DNA from: Octopus vulgaris
Taxonomy: Eukaryota
Direction of reading: 5' to 3'
NCBI GenBank assembly: GCA_951406725.2
Contig: OX597816.1
Span: 67,146,001 to 67,210,000, forward strand
DNA: 64,000 nt
Shown here: positions 1 to 13,579 of the stretch, one piece after another
Layout: every line of letters begins with the position of its first letter
Numbering within the stretch: position 1 is the stretch's first letter
Notes under the pieces: model-generated
What the model saw: the letters and a program-made list of their open reading frames with translations, nothing else
Told to the model about the DNA's origin: nothing
The model's database searches: none
Program-made: the position numbers and the translations under genes

Positions 1-690
1 TACATGTTCATCAGAGTGTAAGCATCTTGAGAGAAAAGTTGAATAAGAGGCATCAGATGTGGTGGGCAAGAGAGACGACTGTGTTGGTATGGTCATGTGA
101 TGCGTATGGACAAGGACAGCTGTGTAAAGAAATGCTGATCTCTAACTGTGGAGGAAACCTGTAATTGAGGCAGACCCAGGAAAACATGGGACAAGGTGGT
201 GAAGCTTGATCTTCAAACTTTAGACCTCATAGAGACAATGACTAGTGACTGAGACGTATGGTGATGTGATGTGCTGTGCTTAAGAGGACCCGTCAAGCCA
301 AGTGAAATTGTAGTTGTGGCTGATGTTGGTGTCACTTTACTGTAAAAAGCACCTTTTGAATGTTAGGCCTCACGGGGGCGAAGTGGCTAAGCTCTTTCAA
401 GTGTTCAGCCTCATGGAGGCAATGACTGAGACCTTTGGCATTGTGTCATGCTTGAGAAGAAGACCCATCAAGCCAAGCAAAACTGCAGTCATGAGAGGTA
501 CCTGTGTTATGCAAATGGCACCCATTCCGGTGGCACATAAAAGCGCCCATTACACTCTCAGAGTGGTTGGTGTTAGGAAGGGCAAATCAGACTGGAGCTT
601 GGTGCAGCCTTCCTGCTTGTCACCTATGATCAAACCATCCAACCCATGCCAGTATGAACAACAGATATTAAATGATGATGATGATGGTGG
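1..690 (+). mobile_element. RTE-clade LINE 3' fragment (RT C-terminus plus 3' UTR with (GAT)n tail)
   Basis: Degenerate RRLCWYGHVMRM...GRPRKTWD near 70-200; family tail ...GGTTGGTGTTAGGAAGGGC...CAACCCATGCCAG...GATGATGATG recurs through the window. Confidence 0.8.
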
Positions 691-1240
691 TGGTGGTTGT
701 GGGGAAGGTACACCCTGACCTCATTACAGGGCTTTCAAGATTGCTAGGAAAGAGGAAGGAATATATCCTCAAACTGAAAACCCAGCCCAAATGCTTACTA
801 CATGACTAGTACCAGGATATTTAACACCCTAGGCTCCCAAAAATGTGCACCCACTTCTCCCAGCTCTACAACATGCACATCCTTCTATTAGCCACACTAT
901 AATGTATTCCATCTCCTCACAGCCCTATATTGTGCATTCTGTCTATAATTTTAACATCATGCAATATCATTGACTAAATCTGTTATACTCTTTACTCTTT
1001 TACTTGTTTCAGTCATTTGACTGTGACCATGCTGGAGCACCACCTTTAGTCGAGCAAATCGACCCCAGGACTTATTCTTTGTAAGCCTAGTACTTATTCT
1101 ATCTGTCTTTTGCTGAACCGCTAAGTTATGGGGACGTGAACACACCAGCATCGGCTGTCATGCGATGTTGGGGGGACAAACACAGACATACAAACATATA
1201 CATACACACACATACATACATACATACATATATATATATA

Positions 1241-2224
1241 AATAAATGAAAGAATGGAGTCGAACGAAGATGTTAACAAAATTCCTTTACTCTCGACAAA
1301 TGTTTCGAAGACAACGTGGTTTCATTCCAAAGGAATAAAGGGTGTAAGATGCAATCTTCTCATCAGGAAAGAAAGGGAGCCTCTCTCGGCAACAAGACAA
1401 ACAAAAATTTCGATGACCGCCTACATGGTAAACAAAACGATAATGTGTTTTTTTTAAAAAAAACCGTTAGAAGAATTGACGTCAAAGTTAGATAGTAGGA
1501 AGAAAAGGGTTAAAGGAATGATAGGTAGGGAACCAGTGGAAAGGGAAGGGTACGTTGATTAAGAATGTTCAAAGGCTTAGGAAAGAATTTCGTTATTGAA
1601 GTGGGGTGCACGTTAAGCTAATTGTTCAAAGCATGATGCCTATCGTAATTATTTGTATGAGTAAAAAGTATGTTTCTGCCAGTGCTTACATTTATACGAT
1701 TTCTCTATGAGTGTGTTTACAAGAGGAACCTTAGAGAAGAGGATATGGAAGAGCTCAGAGTTGCAAATGTTACAAAATCTCCTGCCCTTATCAAAAGGGA
1801 AGGATACAGACAGTATGAACCAATCTAACTTGAAATCTATATTATTGTCTTTAAGACGCCAAACTAATTTACTTAGCCCTGTACTATGTCGTTTTTTACT
1901 ATCCCTGAATGTTGAATAATGGTTTGAAATTCTCTTGGATAACTGGGGAAGATTGCATCTTACACCCTTTATTCCTTTGGAATGAAACCATGTTGTCTTC
2001 GAAACATATATCGAGAGTAAAGGAATTTTGTTAACATCTTCGTTTGACTCCATTCTTTCATTTATTCATATATAACACACAAATTTCTGCAAATGAACCC
2101 GGAGTTTCTACCCTTGGACAGGTCACTTCAACCGTGTTTCTGACGTGAATTTGCTACCCTGGTATCGGTTCAACGAATTTTCCATGCTGACGATAAACAT
2201 AGGATAATTCATTCATCTATTGAA

Positions 2225-2228
<4 letters not shown>
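1241..2228 (-). mobile_element. 5'-truncated Penelope-like retroelement: GIY-YIG endonuclease C-terminus, pseudo-LTR and an inverted pLTR copy
   Basis: Minus-strand 1649-1947 encodes KRISNHYSTFR..HSTGLSKLVWRLKD..DWFIL..RFCNICNSE...CKH, typical of a PLE endonuclease end; 119-bp inverted arms 1241-1359 and 1948-2066; hammerhead motif in the pLTR. Confidence 0.82.
1284..1376 (-). ncRNA. Type I hammerhead ribozyme in the PLE pLTR
   Basis: Minus strand: stem I cctttctttc/gagag(t)aaagg, CUGAUGA, stem II gaaga...tcttc, GAAA, stem III ACA-tt-TGT, GUC cleavage triplet (1297-1295). Confidence 0.8.
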
Positions 2229-2271
<43 letters not shown>

Positions 2272-4231
2272 TACATACATACAATGGGCTTCTTTCAGTT
2301 TTCGTCTACCGAATCCACTCAAGGCTTTGGTCGGCCCAAGGCTACAGTTGAAGGAACTTGCCCAAGGTGTCACGCATGTGGTTGGTAAGCAAGCTACTTA
2401 CCACACAGCCACTCCTATGCCTACTTTATCTGGCAAAATTTTAAATGTTTCATGCCAAATTATTGGACAGGCTAATTCATGGCTCTGGTTAGAACGTCAG
2501 GCTCACAACCATGAGTTTGACTGCCGGACTGGGCTGTGTGTTGTGTTCTTGAGCAAGACACTTTAATTCACGTTGTTCCATTTCACTCAGCTGTAGAAAT
2601 GAGTTGTAACATCACTGGTACCAAGCTGTACCAGCCTTTGCCTTTCCTATGGATAACATCAATGATGTGTAGAGGAGAGGTTGATTTGCATGGGAGACTG
2701 CTGGTCTTCTATAAACAACCTTGTCCAGACTTGTGCCTCGGAAAGGAACTTTCTAGGTCCAATCCCATGGTCATTCATGACTGAAGGAGGTCTTTACCCT
2801 TTCTAACACAACACAACCTTCTCATCTACCCTATCTTCCAGAAGTAACCTCCCCTGCTCACTTGTGAGATATATTTTTTAAGTTGGTTTGAGAAATTCTG
2901 ATTTAGTTGTTCAGAGTTTGTGTGGCATTCCCAGATTTTAGCATCCAAGATGGTTTCCTATTTTGCAGCACTGCCCCTGAGGGTGGATTTAGTTAAAAGT
3001 ATCCAAAGTGCTGGGTGATGCTAGTATTAAACTAATCAATGGTCATTTTTTTTTTATTGCCCACAGGGGGCTAAACATAGAGGGGACAAATAAGGACAGA
3101 CAAAGGGATGAAATCGATTACATCGACCCCAGTGCGTAACTGGTACTTAATTTATCGACCCCGAAAGGATGACAGGCAAAGTCAACCTCAGCGGAATTTG
3201 AACTCAGAATGTAATGGCAGATGAGATACCGCTAAGCATTTCGCCCGGCTTGCTAACGTTTCTGCCAACTCACTGCCTATATAAAACTAACCAATAGATT
3301 AAGAGTTACCACCTAGTTTAAATATTTTATTTCTAAGAAAAACAACCCCTCTAAACACCCAATACTCCATTATGACACTTCTTTGACATTTGCTGTCCCT
3401 TTGTGAACTCGAAATACTCTACTTCAACTCCACCCTAGTTAAGAATCCCTAGTGTAGAGCTCCTTCATTGGCTCAAGAGATCCCTATGACTTTCTCTTTG
3501 CATAAAAACTGCTTGACTAAGTATCTATGAGTAAAAAAGCTAAAAGCAAAATACACATACATCAAAACAGCCAAGTTTATTCTGTTTATTATTATTTATT
3601 TTTTCTTTAAGTTATCACCTTGGTTGAACACCAACTGTTGTCATAAAACTATTCACTCAGTTACATAGAAATCATTGTAGTTTTCTCGTGGCCCTTCCCA
3701 CAAGTATACCATGTGACATACTTTTTACAAATTTAAGTACATAGATTACTGATAGTCAGGCAAACCTCAGTGGAGGATTGTCGCTCTGAATGAAGCATAG
3801 TATTTGAAATAGTGAACTATAAAGGGAACTCACTGAACTTAAAACAAGTGGTGGAAACAAGTAGTCTCTATCAAGCAACTACACACACAAACAGACACGC
3901 GCACACACACAAACACATGTATGTATATATATGTAAAACCAAAACAATGTGTTGTTTGCATTTAACTTCTGCTCAGTTCATATGCTGCTATCTCAGCTGG
4001 TACATTTGACCCTGCTTTAGATGCCAGCTCAGCTGATTTTTGCTGGTACCAAAGATGTTTTTAGGGTCTTTCTACTGTAATAACACTACCAATGGTGATG
4101 TTTAAATTCAGTGTTGGCACATTAATCTGACCTGGTGGCTTTCTCATTGCGTGTTTTTATCACTTGGAGACAGTGAACTTGTTTGTCCAGAAACTGATTT
4201 CTAGAAATTTTGCAAATTTTTCATTGAGCTA

Positions 4232-4263
4232 ATGATCCGACAGATTTCCAAAACTATGTTCCT
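4232..4263 (+). CDS. NADK: Candidate NADK first coding exon (MIRQISKTMFL)
   Basis: ATG at 4232 with an in-frame TAG upstream (4202-4204); perfect GTAAGT donor at 4264; ends in phase 2 as exon 25745 requires; direct joining gives a 359-aa protein. No homology support visible. Confidence 0.45.
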
Positions 4264-7200
4264 GTAAGTGCATTTCTTTAATTTCATTATTTATAACTGT
4301 TTATTTATATTTAATTGACTTCAGTTTCAGATTCAATCATCCACATTATATCTACTCTATTCAACTTTCTCTTCATTTTCACCATTTGTTATATTTTTGT
4401 TTTCTTTTTAGTTTATTTTCATTTATGTATTTTTTCCCCAATTGAATAGTGGTTCCATGACCTTTGCAGATGGGGAGTGTAGGGAAGGCGGAATATGGTG
4501 CATACAGTTTTTATTTATTATTTATATTTTTTTTATGAATTCAATGCACAAATATATTGTCAAAGTCATATCAATTTTTTTCTTTGTCATTCTTTAAGAG
4601 ATATTTTTGGTCGTTTCTTTAAAAAGAACTTTTGTGTAAATATAGCACAACTTGAGTGGACTTAAGTACATATATATTTTTAATTCATAAGAGACTCTTA
4701 TTTTCACATTTATAGCAAAAATTCAATTTCAATGTAATTACATTTCGGTTTCATGTTATCAAAACCAAAGTTGGAAGATTCTCTTCGGTTGTTTCATGCA
4801 AGAACATTTTATTTGTTCTTAATAGAAAATATTGTGAACAAAGTCACTGAGACCTGCTTTGAGAAGAGAGAGATGGATGACATTTTCTCTATATTATCTC
4901 TAAAATTGTGTGACATGTTTTGTTTTTTTTTAATCATTTTGACTGGTTTCTTTCTTTACCAGTGCAACTGACTCACTCTGCATGATTCAGTTCTCTCAAT
5001 TGTTTACTTGAGGTGGGTTTGATCTTTATCTCTCCACACACGCCTTGAGAGAGAGATATGATCCTTGTCCATAGACATTTGTATAAAGTTTACCTTAAAA
5101 GAGGATCAATTATCAATTTCTCTCTCTACTCTCACTGTGTGGTGTAGACCTTGATACAGAGAGAAAGAATGTGTGTGTGTATCTATGTGTGAGACAGAGG
5201 TGATGATTTCTCTCTGTCCATACAATTAAATGTAGTGTAAACCTTAGGAGAGAGGGGCCAATTTGTTTCTGTTCATACATATTTGTATAATTTGTACTTC
5301 AAGAGCAGGTGAGCCTCTGTCCATGCAAACGTTGATCCAGTCTCAGTTTGTCCATGTACACCTTGCAATGTTTACTTAGAATGAGCATCAGTCTCTGTCT
5401 GACCATCATTATCATTGTTTTATTGTCCACTTTTCCAAGTTGGCATGGGTTGGATGAAATTTATTGAGGCAGATTTTCTATGGTCAGATGCCCTTCATGT
5501 CACCAGCTGCTACATGCTTACAAGCAAGCTAATATTTCCTGATAGCCATACAAGTTTTTGCAGAATTGGAAATGAATGATACTGCCTGTATAATAGTGAC
5601 ACTTCTTTACAACTATCTCATGATAGTGACACTTCTTTACAACTATCTCTCAAGGAGAGAGAGACACACACACACATGCACACACACACAGATATATACA
5701 TACATATATCCTCTTCATCATCATCATCATCATTTAGCATCCTTTTTCCATGCTGACATAGGCTGGATGATTTTACTGGATCTGGTGAGCCACAGAGTTG
5801 TAACTAGTGTCAATGTCAGATATATATTTATATTTACAGCAAGCTTCTTTCGGGAAACCTCTATTAAATTCATTCAAAACGTTTTGGTTGGCATGAGACT
5901 ATAGTAGAGCACACCCAAGGTGCTATATAGTGTGACTGAACTTGCGACCATGTGGTTGAGAAGCAAACTTCTTTATCCCACAGCCATGCCTGTCCACATG
6001 CACAGTTTTTTAAGGGTCTTGTGTTTATAGTAACAAGAAACATTTATAACTACCAGCTGCACTACAGTGAGTGTCACTAAGTGATCACTCGATCTTTTAG
6101 AAATAATAACAACCAAATAGCCCACAACCATCTCTGAAAAAAAGAAAGGACATGTTGGTTCATGTAATAGACCTTGGTATGCAAATGACAGCAGGATTAT
6201 GGCTGGAACATCTTTGATCATAGGTTTGACTTCAGTCAGGAGTAACTAAGCAACAATAGTCCATGCTACAGAATTTTGGGGATGGCCTGGTTGTTTGATG
6301 TACAACTCTGTACTGAGGTTAAAGCATCAGAAGTAGTGAGTGTAAGAACCGGATGAGTTCTTTCACACTGTTATGGGATTGGTGTTAGAAAGGGCATCCA
6401 CCTGTAGAAACCATGTCAAAGCTGACATTGGAGCACAATGCAGTCTGGTGGCTTGCTAGATTCTGCCAGACTGGCCAGCATGGAAAACAGAGGTTTGTTG
6501 TTGTTGATGTTGTACTACAGAACAAGCATGAAAGCCTGGTACCACTGGGTCAGTTATAATCGGAGCTTTGATGTTTATGAACTATAGAGTTGTCAATTCT
6601 TGGCAACACTGCATGTCTAAAATAGAGGTTCATGGATGAGAACCTAAGCATCTGTGTTTCATGAGGTTTATCTCAGGAATAATGGAGAACTGTATAGCTT
6701 TTTCTAGAGGATTAGAAGTAATTTTTAAGTAAATTCTTACCCTGTATGTATATGTGGTGGATAGAGCTACTTATCTGTCCAAGGATAGCTACAGTAACCT
6801 AATAGTGCAAGTGACCAGTTACATTTGATAAAAAGCAGAACAAAAAATTGTTCTGTTACACTGAATAGCTAGTATTATCATATCAGATAGATCAAGCTCC
6901 ATACCAGATCAATACTGAAGATCTCACTACATTGATTTTAATTAGACCAGGCAGTCTTCCTCAATTTCATGGCCCTGCTGTTGCAGCTACTACTACTACT
7001 ACTACTGCTACTATTCTTATTGTTCTTGTTTACTCAGATGCACCTTACTCTAATTAAATATTCTAAATGACCTGAGATATTCATCTTGCCTTGGTTTTGT
7101 TGTCCTTTGGCAGAATGGTTAGCACGCCGGGTGAAGTGCTTAGCGGTATTTCTTCTGCTGCTATGTTCTGAATTCAAATTCCGCCGAGGTCGACTTTGCC

Positions 7201-7301
7201 TTTCATCCTTTCAGGGTCGATCAAATAAGTACGTACCAGTTACGCACTGGGATTGATGTAATCAACTTAATCTCTTTGTTTGTTCCCTCTGTTTAACCAA
7301 T

Positions 7302-7393
<92 letters not shown>

Positions 7394-8231
7394 CAGGTTT
7401 CCACACTTTCTACCAAACTTATTCACAAAGCATTACTCAGCCCACCTGGAGCTATAGTAGAAGACAGTTGCCCAAAGTGCCGTGCAGTGGGACGGAACTG
7501 GGAGCCACATAGTTACAAAGCAAGCTTTACATGATTGGATTTACTTTCCACTGCTGTATCTATTCAGGTTTGACCAACCATGTTGAGTTTTCCCTTATTG
7601 GCTCAACAAGAAAAGAAGTAGTATTGTTTATCCTTTGCCTGTTCCAGTGACTAAACTGCAACAATGCTGGGGCATCTTGAAGGGTTTAGTGAAACAAATT
7701 GACTCCAGAATTTGTTGTTGTTGTTTTTTAATCTACTACTTATTCTATTGGTATTTTTTGCCAAACCACTAAGTTACAGGGATGTAAACAAACCAACACT
7801 AGTTGTCAAGTGGTTGTGGAAGACAAATGCAAAAATACACACCCAAACACCATGCATACATACATACATGCATGACAGGCTTCTTTCAGTCTTTGTCTAC
7901 TAAATCCACTCACAAAGCTTAAGTTGACTCTGGGCTATAGTAAAAGACACATGACCAAGGTAGCGCATAGTGAGACTGAGCCCAAAACCATATGGTTGGG
8001 AAGTAAGCTTCTCAACCACATAGCCATGCCTGCCCCTATATGTTAGAAGACAAAACCGTTGATCAGCTGTGGCTTCCACTGCATTAGTATCTGGTGCCCT
8101 CTTTACTTTCTTTAATAGTCACTGAAGAGAAGGACAGGTCAACAAGGGATCTTCTATATGGTCACTCAAACAGCTAGAAATATCAGTCAAATTTCTCTCA
8201 AAGCATTATCCTACTGTCTTTAAAAAAAGCA

Positions 8232-8407
8232 GGTGCAGGAGTGGCTGTGTGGTAAGTAGCTTGCTTACCAACCACATAGTTCCGGGTTCAGTCCCACTGC
8301 GTGGCACCTTGGGCAAGTATCTTCTACTATAGCCTCGGGCCGACCAAAGCCTTGTGAGTGGATTTGGTAGATGGAAACTGAAAGAAGCCGTCATATATAT
8401 GTGTATA

Positions 8408-8441
<34 letters not shown>

Positions 8442-8650
8442 CATATATATATGTGTGTGTGTGTGAGTGTGTCTGTGTTTGTCCCCCCAACATTGCTTGA
8501 CAACCATTGCTGGTGTGTTTACGTCCCCGTAACTTAGCGGTTCGGCAAAAGAGACCAATAGAATAAGTACTGGGGTCAATTTGCTTGACTAAAGGCAGTG
8601 CTCCAGCATGGCCACAGTCAAATGACTGAAACAAGTAAAAGAGTAAGAGA
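8232..8650 (+). mobile_element. tRNA-derived SINE family A, near full length, with internal (TA/TG)n
   Basis: Head GGTGCAGGAGTGGCTGTGTGGTAAG...GGTTCAGTCCC (A/B boxes), CCTTGGGCAAG core, tail AAGTAAAAGAG; many copies in the window. Confidence 0.88.
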
Positions 8651-9512
8651 ATGTCAGAATGATTCAACTAAGCCTGGAATGCCTGCTATCACAGATCTAT
8701 TTGTTCTGAGCTCACCTGTGGTCAAACAACAACTAACTTTTGAAAAGAAAGAATAGGACGGTGGAGGTGAGGAACAGTCATTTCTTTAGTGAAGCTTTAT
8801 GGAAGGGGGATGGGAGGGACGAGTGTGACATTGGTGGATAACTTGACAACATTCCAGATTCACCTATAAACTGGAGAAATGTCTAGAACTGAGGACAGTA
8901 GAGGTTGTTTTTTAACCCCAGGTCAACATTGAACCAGCCCACTTATGATCAAAGAGGTTCCAGTAGTAACCATCTCGTCTTTATTTTAGACATATTTAAG
9001 ATCACATTCCAATTTGTCCCTCTGCTCTTTTTTTTTTTCTTCTAAATTATAGTCCAGCTCATTCAAGCACGGAAATAACATAATAAAGGATATTGATTGT
9101 ACTGTGAACTAAGGATGATTTGGCTGCTATTTTAGCATATTCATCATCATCATCGTTTAACATCCGCTTTCCATGCTAGCATGAATAATAATAATACTAA
9201 TAATTTAGTAAAATAATAATAATAATACTAATGATTTCCTTTGTTGGCCACAAGGGCCCAACTCATTGAGAATGACATCAAAGGATGAAATCCAGAGACA
9301 AAAAGGTGGGGTTTACATCAGTCAAAATGGAAACAATGATAAGGATATAACAAAAGATATAAAAGTAGGATTTAGAAAAATAATAATAATTTTAGCACAA
9401 GGCCAGCAATTTTCAGGAAAAGTGAAGGTCAATTACATCAATTCCAGTGCTCAACTGGTATTTTATATTATCAACTCTGAAAGGATGAAACGCAGAGTCA
9501 ACTTTCAGCATG

Positions 9513-9547
<35 letters not shown>

Positions 9548-11519
9548 CCTTTCTATTATAGACACAAAGCCTGAAATTTGTGGGGAGGGGGACAATCAAT
9601 CACATTGACCTCAGTACACAACTGGTACTTAATTTATCGACCCCCCAAAGAGGCTGAAAGGCAAAGTCAACCTCGGCTTAATTCAAACACAGAAAGTAGC
9701 AACAGGCAAAATACCTCTAAGCATTTCGTCCAGCATGCAAACGATTCTGCCAGCTAACCACCTAAATAATAATAATAATAATGATTATAATTCTGATCGT
9801 GAGCAGAAGTAGTGGGGGAGCATCATAGCCATGTGTTGAAAGGAATTCTTAGAGGTTTGGATAATTCACCTTTGGAAACATGGGTGTTTTGTTCAACATC
9901 CTTAAACAATCCTTATTCAAGGACCATTTGAGCGGGATGGGCTACTCGACCAGAAGAAAATCCAAACAGGGCCCCACCTGCAAGGTCATGCACTGTTTGT
10001 CTTGATATGAGATCACCATGTCGTGTACATATGGTTGTGATGCATGTGCCTAGAGTACCCTTATCAGACGGGTAGTCATGATGGGTATACTGGGCTTCGT
10101 ATATTTTACCCCAGTGTTACTTTGATGGCATGCACTGCTCTCTCACTCAATAATAATAATGATGATGATCCTTGACTAGTACTTATTTTATCAACCACAA
10201 AAGGATGAAGGTCAAAGTTAACTTCAGTGGAAATTGAAGCTAGATGGACAAAATGCGACTAAGCATTTTGTCCAGCATAGTAACAGTTCTGCCAGTTCAC
10301 TGCCATGATGATTTCAAATTTTAGTACAAGGTCAGGATAATAATTCTTTCTTTATTGACCATAAGGGCTGCAAAAGCATCTGGGACAGTACAAAGAGGAA
10401 GGATAGTGGAGATTTATATAGAAATGTGTAATCAATAATGATAATGAAATTATTGTATACAGAGCTCAGGTGCACCACAACTTGTCAAAAAGTGCATATA
10501 AAGTATATGCAGTAATGTACAAATGTCTGGAAAGCGAACAGTGTATGAGTCAGATACATGCTTGCGTGTGTATGGAGGGAAGAAAATCAGGTGTAGTGTT
10601 GGCGAATCTCAGGAAGCTTGGGAGTTTTGAAGGATGCAGTGCTCTGACAACTAACAATAATAGTTTGCAAAAACATCTTAAGAAGTAAAATCCCCTGTGG
10701 GGTGGGGGTGAAATGTCACCTAGGGATAACCAAGAAACCCCTCAGATCCTGAGCCATCCTGCTCACCTGAAATACTATGGCAAGTGCTCCACTCTCCTCC
10801 ATATTTTTTAGCCTATAGGCACCATCTTATATACATTCATTTACCTTTCAATAAATTTTCTGGGAGGCAGCTCTCTTATTGTATAAATTCTAGAAGCAAT
10901 AAATACCTCAAAAACACAACAGTATTATAAGGATACGAAAATATAATACAGTGATATGACAACACAATACAGCACAAAACATTACAGCTATATAACATAC
11001 TACAACAAACAGTACAATATTTGCCACACTACAACACATAACAGTTTAGCCCAGTATCCCATATCAGTACACAGTGTCAACACAGTTTCTGATTTCATTA
11101 CATCTTATTCAGCCAGACACTGCCACTTCCCCCCCACACACCACCACCACCACCAAATTTACTGATCATAAAGATAGAAGATAGATGAACCATATTTGTT
11201 TGTGGCTTAGAACAGGATCTAGAATTGACTAGGAAACAGATATTTGAAACACAATATTCTGAAGCACTTCAATGCAAGTTAACAACTCCACTGAATGTTA
11301 TTACTTTCAGTATTACTTCATCCGGAAATTTCATTTGAAAAGAAACCATTTAATGCTTCCTGTAGCTTCTAAGATCTTTTCACTGCTGTACTACCATTCT
11401 TATCTATTCTTTTTCTTTTTTTTTTTTATATCTTTTATTTGTTTCAGTCATTAAACCGTGGCCATCATGGGGCATCATCTTGAAGGGTTTAGTTGAACAA
11501 ATTGATATCAGTGCTTACT

Positions 11520-12118
11520 CGCTCTTTACTCTCTCTTTTACTTGTTTCAGTCATTTGACTGCGGCCATGCTGGAGCACCGCCTTTAGCCAAGGAAATTGA
11601 CCCCAGGACTTATTCTTTGGAAGCCTAGTACTTATTCTATTGGTCTCTTTTGCCAAACCACTAAGTTACGGGGATGTAAACATACCAGCATCAGTTGTCA
11701 AGCGATGTTGGGGGACACACACAAACACACACACACACATATATATATACATATAAAGTTAATCCAAAGAAGAAAGCACAAAAAAACACAACAACGCGAG
11801 GACGTGGAACAAATATAGTATTATTGGACACTCAGGAAAGAAGGAGGGTTTAACGTTTCAAGCGGAGCTCTTCGTCGAAAACATAGGAGAAGGAAAGATC
11901 CAGAGAAGGGAAGACTGAGGGAAAAAAATCGTCAACGGTACACACGCGGTCATATACGACAGGCTTCTTTCAGTTTCTGTCTACCAAATCTACTCACAAG
12001 GCTTTGGTTGACCCGAGGCTATAGTAGAAGACACATGCCCAAGGTGCCACGCAGTGGGACTGAACCCGGAACCATGCGGTTGGTAAGCAAGCTACTTGCC
12101 ACACAGCCACTCCTGCGC
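11520..12118 (-). mobile_element. SINE family A copy with a ~200-bp insert in its microsatellite
   Basis: Reverse complement of 8232-8650. Confidence 0.85.
11848..11882 (-). ncRNA. Degenerate or variant minimal hammerhead in a PLE-type insert (about 11755-11952)
   Basis: Minus strand: gttt-TCGACGA-A-GAGC tcc GCTT-GAAA-CG-TT-aaac; palindromic AACGTT; core deviates at positions 3 and 4. Confidence 0.45.
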
Positions 12119-12123
12119 TTATA

Positions 12124-12154
<31 letters not shown>

Positions 12155-12659
12155 ATAAGTCTGATAATTATTCTAATGATCTTTTTTGCCACTAAGTTAT
12201 GGGTCACAAATAAACAGCATCAGTTATCAAGCTGTGTGGAGGACAAAAAGCGCACATTTGCACACAATGGTCCTCCACACACTGTCCGTCACGTTCTTTC
12301 ACAAGACATTGGTCAGCCTAGTGCTCTAGTCTAAGACACTTGCACAATGGGATTGAACTCAAAGCCATATGGTTGCAAAGTGAGTTTCTTAACCACACAG
12401 ACATACTTGTGCCATTTATTTGTATATCTTTTATCTCTTATTCTTTTGTTTCAGTCAGTAGACTGGAGCACTGCCTTGAGGAATTTCAATTAAATCAACT
12501 CCAGTACTTTTTTTTTTTAAGCCTGGTACTTATTCTATCAGGGACATAAACACACCAACACCAAATCCACTCCCATGGCTTACGGGGACATAAACACACC
12601 AGCATCGGTTGTCAAGCAATGTTGGGGGGACAAACGCAGACACAAAAACATTTACACAC

Positions 12660-12723
<64 letters not shown>

Positions 12724-13579
12724 GGCTTCTTTCAGTTTCCATCTACCAAATCCACTCACAAGGCTTTGGTAGAAGGCACTTGCCCAAGGTGCCACACTGG
12801 GACTGAACCTGGAACCATGTGGTTGAAAACCAAGCTTCTTACCACGCAGTCATGCCTGTTCAAGAAATTTAATACAAAACATCAGAGTTAAAATTGGAGT
12901 GGTGGGTTAGTATTATATATGATTGTTACAAAAAAAAAGATATGAGGATAAATTATGTTACTGATTTTTAATAGAAAAGCAGCTGTTGCTTTATATTCAT
13001 GCTGTACTCAAGTAAAATGGGTAATAACTCTATAAATATTTTTATAGATTATTTAATTAGCTCTGATATCTTTAATTATTCAATTATGATGCATGTGTGT
13101 TTTAAACCTAAAAATTATTGATGCACATGGTACATTATTTGCAGTTAATCAGATGTTTGAATTGGCATATCTGTTGTCCAAGCTAATTGATGTGCAATGA
13201 AGAGTTTAAATTTCTGTAATAATGTATTTTTTTATGAAACTACATTAAATGTTCATTATATATTATATAAGTGCAATGGCTCAGTGGTTAGAGCAGCGGA
13301 CTTGCAGTTGTAGGATCGCGGTTTCGATTCCCAGACTGGGCGTTGTGAGTGTTTATTGAGTGAGAACACCTAAAGCTCCACTAAGCTCCGGCAGGGGTGG
13401 TGGCGATCTCTGCTGTACTCTTTTGCCACAACTTACTCTCACTCTTTTTTCTGTTGGCCTGCTCACTTAGCCAGCGGGGTGGCATCATTTGAAGGCTAAA
13501 ACAATATGAAGCGCATTGTGACCAGCGGTGTGTAGGAACATCTGATAGTTTGGTCTGTCACTGTGATGGTGATATAAGT

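Larger units (their letters stand above)
985..2420 (-). mobile_element. tRNA-derived SINE (family A) split by a PLE insertion in its internal microsatellite
   Basis: 3' half at 985-1200 and 5' half at 2280-2420 match the intact copy at 8232-8650. Confidence 0.85.

Noticed and set aside
1254-1457. Duplicated 'MESNEDVNKIP' ORFs suggesting a gene pair
   Set aside because: They come from the inverted pLTR; only 1649-1947 on the minus strand has recognisable protein similarity.
8206-8667. Recurrent ORFs such as 'FDCGHAGA...PGTMWLVSKLL'
   Set aside because: Antisense translations of SINE family A, seen in every copy.
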